Below, piece by piece: positions 26,645-32,000 of a stretch of DNA of 32,000 nt. The notes below the pieces were generated by a model. The model searched no databases. It saw nothing but the letters and a program-made list of their open reading frames with translations, and was not told where the DNA came from. The stretch is from Alteromonas phage vB_AcoS-R7M. The stretch's first letter is position 1, and each line of letters starts with the position of its first letter. The position numbers and the translations under genes were made by a program. The DNA lies in the sequence record MT345684.1. One strand, given 5' to 3'.

Positions 26645-27125
26645 TTACGATTCTCCTTAAGTTTTTAACGTGGTGGAGCTGTCGGGCCTTTTTCATTTGG
26701 CGTCGTGCTCTACGGTCACAAGCGTTATTGCTTGTGTATCTATTGCCCGGATTTGAGGAGTGCCCTTTAACATGCTTAAATCGAGTGTGTATGTGGTGCT
26801 TTGCTATGAAAGACTTGAACCATTCTACCGCTTCGATTTCCTCATCAAGTATGTTGGTACGGCGACCCTTTAGGGCATCAAGGGCCGCCATGCAATCTGA
26901 TTGCAGTAGTACCGCACTTCTGTCGGGTACTATGCCTTCAGTCACTGCTTGGTGCAAAGCATTTATTAGGGCGTACAACTCAGCAACGTTGTTGTTCGGA
27001 ACTGTTCTTTTAAACATTCCTTCACCCGCAAGCTTACCATTATCGCCAGCGATCCAGAACCCGTAACCGCCTACCTTTAGGTCAGGACAGAAGGAAGCGT
27101 CAGCGATAATAGTTGCCCATTCCAT
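26634..27125 (-). CDS. ribonuclease HI
   Basis: ATIIADASF, NNNVAELYALINAL, LLQSDCMAALDAL, HTRFKHVKGHSSNPGNRY...NNACDRRA. Confidence 0.88.
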   Translation of the reverse strand: MEWATIIADASFCPDLKVGGYGFWIAGDNGKLAGEGMFKRTVPNNNVAELYALINALHQAVTEGIVPDRSAVLLQSDCMAALDALKGRRTNILDEEIEAVEWFKSFIAKHHIHTRFKHVKGHSSNPGNRYTSNNACDRRARRQMKKARQLHHVKNLRRIVNGS

Positions 27126-27128
27126 AGC

Positions 27129-27557
27129 TTACCCCTTCTTAGGCTTCGTAACACTTAGTTGAGGTGTGCCCGGCGTAGCGATAACACATTCGTTCATCAG
27201 CGCGAGCTGCTTGTCGTTCAGCTTATTGTAAACTGATTTGGACAGCTCGGGTTTGTACTTCACCAGCTTTTCAACATCTACCCCAAGCTCTGCAAGCTTA
27301 ACAGTAAGTGAACGGAAACTAGCGTCATCTACTTTACGGTTAATCACGTGCTGTGCTTTAAGCGCGTAACCTTCGGGAAGGGTAAGTGTGTTAGTTCCTT
27401 CTTTAGGGTCACTGAACGCCTTTTCAAAGACAGCTTTACGCAACTCAGCTTCCCGAGTTTTCCACATATCCAACTGTTCTTTGGCGTTGTACCAGTTGGT
27501 AAGCATCCCCATAATTTCGTCAGAGGTGACAACGGATTGTTCATTAATGCTGGGCAT
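27129..27557 (-). CDS. uncharacterised phage protein
   Basis: 142-aa ORF in tight co-directional array; no motif recognised. Confidence 0.65.
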   Translation of the reverse strand: MPSINEQSVVTSDEIMGMLTNWYNAKEQLDMWKTREAELRKAVFEKAFSDPKEGTNTLTLPEGYALKAQHVINRKVDDASFRSLTVKLAELGVDVEKLVKYKPELSKSVYNKLNDKQLALMNECVIATPGTPQLSVTKPKKG

Positions 27558-27990
27558 TTTGTCCCTCCGGGCCTTTAGCTAACGCATCGCGAAATCGTTT
27601 AGGTAAATCTGCTTCGTTTACCAGTTCACTGAGCATCTTAGCGTGAGTGTAAATAGAACCACCGTAGTATTCTGGCTCCTTAAACTCTGTTTCAGATTCA
27701 GCAGCAATATCACCAAGAATATCATCCATAACACGCTGTACAGCACTACGAAGATCGTTAACCTGTGCTTCTTCAGTCCGCGTTTCACTTATTGCTGTAA
27801 GCGTAAGTTTACCGTCATTACTTGTGAATTCCAGATTACGTTGCTGCTCCTTGTGGTAAGCAGCAAGTTCATCATAAGTGGTTTCAAACTTTCCACCGTT
27901 CTGGTTAAGAAACATGTGCATAAGGGAATACAACAATTCCTGGCGTTGCTTCTCTTTTGCCTGCTGTAAAATAGCCGCAAGGGTGTTCAT
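27544..27990 (-). CDS. uncharacterised phage protein
   Basis: 148-aa ORF; TAATG overlap with upstream MazG stop. Confidence 0.65.
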   Translation of the reverse strand: MNTLAAILQQAKEKQRQELLYSLMHMFLNQNGGKFETTYDELAAYHKEQQRNLEFTSNDGKLTLTAISETRTEEAQVNDLRSAVQRVMDDILGDIAAESETEFKEPEYYGGSIYTHAKMLSELVNEADLPKRFRDALAKGPEGQNAQH

Positions 27991-28427
27991 TACTCTTCCC
28001 CTTTATCCAGACGGGCGTTAGCGTGGAAATCGCTGTACTTACCTTCAGGGTAACGCTTCATAAGCTTCACCATGTTAGCAGCACGGATGTCCTGATCGTT
28101 AAGGCCCAGCATGTTCAACATTTGCTGGTAGTAAAAGCGGATGTCGCCCAGCTCCTCAATGAGGTTTTCAACATCCAAATCTTTACCGTAAATAAACTGC
28201 CGCTTAGCGCAATCCAGGATTTCACCGCCTTCACCTGCAACACCAATTGCAGCGTGGATCAGACACTCTTCCTGATTGCCCATGTGCTTAAACAGGTCGT
28301 CAACGAACTGTGTGTATTGCGGGGCTTTACCCTGATTCTGTTTGGAAACGACAGAAATGGTTTGGTCCTGGATGCGCTCAACTGTAGCTTCATCCATCGG
28401 GATTTTAAAAGTTTTTAACTCACTCAT
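27990..28427 (-). CDS. MazG-like nucleotide pyrophosphohydrolase
   Basis: IGVAGEGGEILDCAKRQFIYGKDLDVENLIEELGDIRFYYQQML (ExxE...ExxD). ATG 28427 has AGGAG SD; the longer listed start is unlikely. Confidence 0.85.
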   Translation of the reverse strand: MSELKTFKIPMDEATVERIQDQTISVVSKQNQGKAPQYTQFVDDLFKHMGNQEECLIHAAIGVAGEGGEILDCAKRQFIYGKDLDVENLIEELGDIRFYYQQMLNMLGLNDQDIRAANMVKLMKRYPEGKYSDFHANARLDKGEE

Positions 28428-28467
28428 AGGAAACTCCTGTTTGGTACACGGTATTGCGTACAGGCTT

Positions 28468-28509
28468 AATGTAGCAAAGTAGGCAGGCGTATACAATAGT
28501 AAACGCCTG
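28468..28509 (-). promoter_or_regulatory. candidate promoter with 7-bp dyad upstream of mazG-like gene
   Basis: Minus strand TTGTAT (28496-28491) - 17 nt - TACATT (28473-28468); CAGGCGT...ACGCCTG dyad (28484-28490 / 28503-28509) spans the -35 box. Confidence 0.4.
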
Positions 28510-28515
28510 ATAAGG

Positions 28516-30957
28516 TCATGTAGTGGGTAACACTATTATCCGAAAGCATCTGCCAAACGAACCAAAGTTGTCGATTAGCTTAGTACGGTCAACCTCCATG
28601 ATATAACCGTTGTCTAATGCTGCCCTTATAACTTGGTCCAGAGCTGCTGTTGAGCCCAGGCGATGTTTTACGAAGCTGTTTACTTGGGATGTTCGTACCT
28701 GTAAGTAACGACGCGGAACTATACCTTGATCAATAAGCTTCTTGTCAATGTTGTAGCTTGCAGGCACTTTACCCTTGAGATAGTCCTTAAGGATGGATAT
28801 AAGCTTAGTCATACGGCTATCGTCATCCAGACCAATGTCGCCACCTTCAATCTTATTCTTCATTGTGGCTAAGTCTTTGTGTATAAGCTCCAGCGCCCAA
28901 GCAGAGTGCTGTTGCATAACCACAGGCGCTACAAAGTTGTCAGCTACCGCAAGCAGGCACGACACCCTTAACGCTTTAAGGTGAGCACGGTTCCACATCT
29001 GCCGCACCATTTCGTTATCACCAGCTTCGTTAATCTTGTCGTCACATAGCTGGTTAAACTCGTCAAGTGCCTTTTTGGACTCAGGACTCATTTGTACTTC
29101 GATATGCTGGTGCTGTTCAATTAACTTTTTACTGTTGATAACAATGGACGTTAAATGGTTTGCAAAGTCGGGATGCATTACCGTCTGTATGTTTTCGTTT
29201 GGGGGAGGTCTACCGCCAGTGTATTCAATTAAGTTGAAGCGCGATAGGAAACCATCTTCCATCATGCTAGGGGTTAACGATTCATAAAAGGTTCCAGGCG
29301 TTGTTTCGCCTACCATCGAATAGTTAATACCGTCTAGTGCTGCAACGTTATTGTCGGAGTTGGAATAGTTAATACCGCCTACAATACTCGCCGGTCCAGA
29401 TTTACTGTACAGGTTTGTCATTACCGTACGAAGCTGGGCCATTGCACCATCCCGACCGTCCTCAGCTGCTAGGCGCTTAAGCTTACGCCCCCATTCCCCT
29501 GACACGTTGATAAAGCTTTGGAACTCATTACACGCTTTCATTAGTGCCGGACCACTAGCAAAGTCGGAGAACATAACGAACTCCTGCCCTGCTGGTGTAC
29601 GACTCCCGATGTTACGCATGATGTAACTGATACCGCTGTGCAATGCTTCCTTACCAATACCCGAGCGGGCAATTAGTATTAAGTAAAGATTCAGTCCAGT
29701 TTCGTTGTACACGTATGTCTTACCCGCAACACCAGCCATAAAGCCCAACGCCGCAGCAATAGCGACTTCTTTTACTGGTCGTTGTGCGCTGTTGTATACG
29801 AACGAAGCTATTGCACCCATAACCCCAGGCGGCCAACTGATACCTTCGACCTCTGGTGGTTGTGGTAAAGAATCTACTAGCTGCTGTTCAGTGCTAGGAC
29901 CACCAGCTTCCAACGCTTGCATCTGTAGCTTATTAATGAGCGCACTTACATCAGGTTTTCTGTCAGCCACGACTTCCTCCTGAATTTGCTTTTTTAACGC
30001 TAACGCTGCCGCATCTATTTTAATGTCAACCTTCTTCTCAGTTTCCTGACGCCCACGGATTATTTTAAGTGTGCGGTCAAGGTAGACATCGTTCTTAACA
30101 GCTTTCTCCCGCTTACCTAATGCAGTAAGGCGGAACATGCGTCTACATTGTTCATTGCTCTCGCTGTAGAACGTAAACATAGACATTAAAGCAAGGTCTG
30201 CTTCCGACTGCGAAGGGAAGTTGTATTTGTGCCAGTTACCGTTACACAGGTCTACGAACTTTTCCGCGTTACCTGCTGTGGATGCACGTTCCCATATTTC
30301 CTGATCGGGAAGTACTTGGTCAACTTCTTCAAGTTCGATTTTAGCACCCGCTGTACCAAACGAACCAACAATGCTTTCCACCAACCGCTGACGGTTTGCA
30401 ATGGGTCTACCTTCGCACTGTTTAATACTCGGTACAGCTACGCCTAAAAGGTGCTGGTATTTAACGCTTTCAATTTCATTACCTGTACAGATAATGAAAC
30501 GTTCCGCGCTGTATACCTCGATACCCCTGTCACGCCGCCCTTCAGGAATGGTAGCTTCCACCCATACGTGGATACCTTTACCTGAGCTTGACATTTCCGT
30601 GTAGCTGTTAGCAGCTTGAACAATACCTTCGTACCATAACAGGTCGCCTGGCGTTGTCCATTTGTGCTGTGGCAGGTAGTTACCCTGCGCGTCTTTGCTG
30701 TTAGCGTCTTTTATATCAAGGTCAATACAGGTAAAGGGATCGTCCTTAGTTAGTATGTATCCAATTTTAGCGCCGTGTTTTTCTGCTAACTCGCAAGCCT
30801 GTGTGAAGGTAAGCCAAGGGCCCTTAACTGGGCTGGCTCTGTATAAACCGTTTGGACCTTCAACATAGGGTGCTTTGTCCGGACCTGCTACACACCATTG
30901 CTGGCGCTGTTGTAGTCCGTTAGGCAAGCGAGTAATTTTATTACCCACTTCAGTCAT
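28516..30957 (-). CDS. primase-helicase: PrimPol (AEP-like) N-terminus plus DUF3987 ATPase
   Basis: FTCIDLDIKDA (DxD), SSSGKGIHVWVEA, RDRGIEVYSAERFIICTGN; ARSGIGKEALHSGISYI Walker A-like. ATG 30957 (TAATG overlap). Confidence 0.82.
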   Translation of the reverse strand: MTEVGNKITRLPNGLQQRQQWCVAGPDKAPYVEGPNGLYRASPVKGPWLTFTQACELAEKHGAKIGYILTKDDPFTCIDLDIKDANSKDAQGNYLPQHKWTTPGDLLWYEGIVQAANSYTEMSSSGKGIHVWVEATIPEGRRDRGIEVYSAERFIICTGNEIESVKYQHLLGVAVPSIKQCEGRPIANRQRLVESIVGSFGTAGAKIELEEVDQVLPDQEIWERASTAGNAEKFVDLCNGNWHKYNFPSQSEADLALMSMFTFYSESNEQCRRMFRLTALGKREKAVKNDVYLDRTLKIIRGRQETEKKVDIKIDAAALALKKQIQEEVVADRKPDVSALINKLQMQALEAGGPSTEQQLVDSLPQPPEVEGISWPPGVMGAIASFVYNSAQRPVKEVAIAAALGFMAGVAGKTYVYNETGLNLYLILIARSGIGKEALHSGISYIMRNIGSRTPAGQEFVMFSDFASGPALMKACNEFQSFINVSGEWGRKLKRLAAEDGRDGAMAQLRTVMTNLYSKSGPASIVGGINYSNSDNNVAALDGINYSMVGETTPGTFYESLTPSMMEDGFLSRFNLIEYTGGRPPPNENIQTVMHPDFANHLTSIVINSKKLIEQHQHIEVQMSPESKKALDEFNQLCDDKINEAGDNEMVRQMWNRAHLKALRVSCLLAVADNFVAPVVMQQHSAWALELIHKDLATMKNKIEGGDIGLDDDSRMTKLISILKDYLKGKVPASYNIDKKLIDQGIVPRRYLQVRTSQVNSFVKHRLGSTAALDQVIRAALDNGYIMEVDRTKLIDNFGSFGRCFRIIVLPTT

Positions 30958-31199
30958 TATACACCCCCTGTTAATTCGCGACGTCTGCTTGCAAGTGCAA
31001 CCTTCCAAGCGTCAATGTAGGGTTGTACAATGGTACGCTCCCAAATGAATGACCGCGAGCCAGGAACCTGAATGGGTTGTGGTAATATGCCGCGCTTTCG
31101 GGCGTTTAGAACAGTGCTACGGTTAACGTCCATTATAGTCTGGATCTCGTAGCCCGTTATATAGGTTTCGTCGAACCTTTGCTGAGCTGTTTTTGACAT
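30957..31199 (-). CDS. small helix-turn-helix (MerR/excisionase-like) DNA-binding protein
   Basis: TGYEIQTIMDVNRSTVLNARKRGILPQPIQVPGSRSFIWERTIV. Confidence 0.65.
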   Translation of the reverse strand: MSKTAQQRFDETYITGYEIQTIMDVNRSTVLNARKRGILPQPIQVPGSRSFIWERTIVQPYIDAWKVALASRRRELTGGV

Positions 31200-31226
31200 T
31201 TTGCACCTCTGCTGTGTAGGGGTGTA

Positions 31227-31256
31227 ATACTAAAGTAAAATGCTGCAATATCGCAA
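31227..31256 (-). promoter_or_regulatory. weak candidate promoter upstream of the HTH gene
   Basis: Minus strand TTGCGA - 18 nt - TAGTAT in the 61-nt intergenic gap. Confidence 0.25.
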
Positions 31257-31259
31257 CGG

Positions 31260-32000
31260 TTAATTAAAGTCTTCCAAGCGCGGTTTGTCACGTAGTTTTA
31301 GCAGCCGGTGATGCTCCTTCGCGTCTGCTATCTTTTGCGATAACAATTCCATTTGCTGCTTACGCTCTTCAATGGCTGCTTGGTACTCATCCCAAGCCTG
31401 TTTTATTTCCCCGTTATGCTGCCTGCAAGCTGCAATCCATTCCGCATAACCTTCCGATGTACGTTGCTTTTGCGGTTTGTCCTTTTTAGGACGCCCTACT
31501 GCGGGTTTTACTTCCGGCGTACCTAAGCGGCTTAGCTGATCGTAATATTGTAGGCGACGTTCGATAAAGCGGAAGAACGAAGCGGTGTTGTTAACCACAG
31601 TGCCGAACTGTTCCACGTAGCTGACAGGTTTAATTGTACTCAGCAGAACGTGCATATAGTAATTTCCGAACTGGCTTTCCGTTTGGGTAGCTGAGTCCAG
31701 TGTATACCGTTGTTCGTTAGACATGTTTGTGGTGTCCGGCGGTAAGACTTGATAAAGACCGCTGTCCTTGCTTACCTCCATTACACCGTTTGCAACTGCT
31801 TTGTCCATTGCTGGTTTTATGTAAGGGAAGTCGCTGTGCTTCATTAACATGTGGATGTCAAATAACAGGGTGGAGTAGGGTTCAAAGTAGTCCGGTATAC
31901 CCTCGCCAAGTAGGTGTGAAAGTACTACGGAACCAAATATACCGTAGCGGGATTGATAGCCTTCCAGTTCTTGGAAAGTGAAATGCTTTACTTTAGACAT
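31260..32000 (-). CDS. uncharacterised replication-region protein; listed ATG is exactly at the window edge
   Basis: 246-aa ORF MSKVKHFTFQELEGYQSRYGIFGSVVLSHLL...; may extend beyond the window. Confidence 0.65.
   Translation of the reverse strand: MSKVKHFTFQELEGYQSRYGIFGSVVLSHLLGEGIPDYFEPYSTLLFDIHMLMKHSDFPYIKPAMDKAVANGVMEVSKDSGLYQVLPPDTTNMSNEQRYTLDSATQTESQFGNYYMHVLLSTIKPVSYVEQFGTVVNNTASFFRFIERRLQYYDQLSRLGTPEVKPAVGRPKKDKPQKQRTSEGYAEWIAACRQHNGEIKQAWDEYQAAIEERKQQMELLSQKIADAKEHHRLLKLRDKPRLEDFN

Noticed and set aside
26626-27066. 146-aa + strand ORF
   Set aside because: Fully antisense to a well-supported RNase H gene; no recognisable motif.
28428-28496. N-terminal extension MYTPAYFATLSLYAIPCTKQEFP of the MazG-like ORF
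   Set aside because: ATG 28427 has a strong AGGAG Shine-Dalgarno and starts a typical protein; the extension lies in the promoter region.
30958-31008. N-terminal extension MEGCTCKQTSRINRGCI of the primase-helicase ORF
   Set aside because: It overlaps the upstream HTH gene; ATG 30957 in a TAATG overlap matches the coupling style of the surrounding genes.
1-32000. CRISPR arrays, tRNA genes, transposons or integrase
   Set aside because: Looked for regularly spaced repeats, T-arm-like GTTCGANTC contexts with cloverleaf partners, and transposase/integrase motifs; none could be supported by eye. tRNAscan-SE would be the decisive check for tRNAs.

Overview
This window is a stretch of a tailed-phage genome (siphovirus-like by tail genes) with two convergent gene blocks. 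The + strand block (about 1-9418) holds late tail genes: tape measure C-terminus, DUF2460, DUF2163, NlpC/P60, a very large 1528-aa tail hub, and a DUF2793 protein. It ends at a candidate rho-independent terminator. The - strand block (about 32000-9402) holds replication, recombination and nucleotide metabolism genes: PrimPol/DUF3987 primase-helicase, MazG, RNase H, ClpX-like AAA+, ThyX, ATP-dependent DNA ligase, Sak4-like ATPase, DUF669 ssDNA-binding protein, PD-(D/E)XK nuclease, J-domain protein, SF2 helicase, beta-clamp-like protein and family B DNA polymerase. Embedded in it is a complete DNA 7-deazaguanine modification cassette (queE, gat-queC, queD, folE, dpdA). The gat-queC fusion predicts 2'-deoxyarchaeosine (dG+) in phage DNA, and the cassette is joined by overlapping stop/start codons to the clamp and polymerase genes. 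The less explained items are: (1) a ~790-aa insertion, resembling a glycan-active or glycan-binding module, splitting the GTA-gp15-like tail hub; (2) three adjacent small genes apparently sharing a C-terminal ~65-aa domain, the first one following a strong-looking promoter whose start site lies in a 12-bp palindrome; (3) an SSB-like C-terminal tip (DFEDDIPF) on the SF2 helicase rather than on the ssDNA-binding protein; (4) recurrent hairpins directly 5' of Shine-Dalgarno sequences; (5) a ClpX-like AAA+ without an adjacent ClpP. All product calls come from motif recognition by eye; no database search was run.
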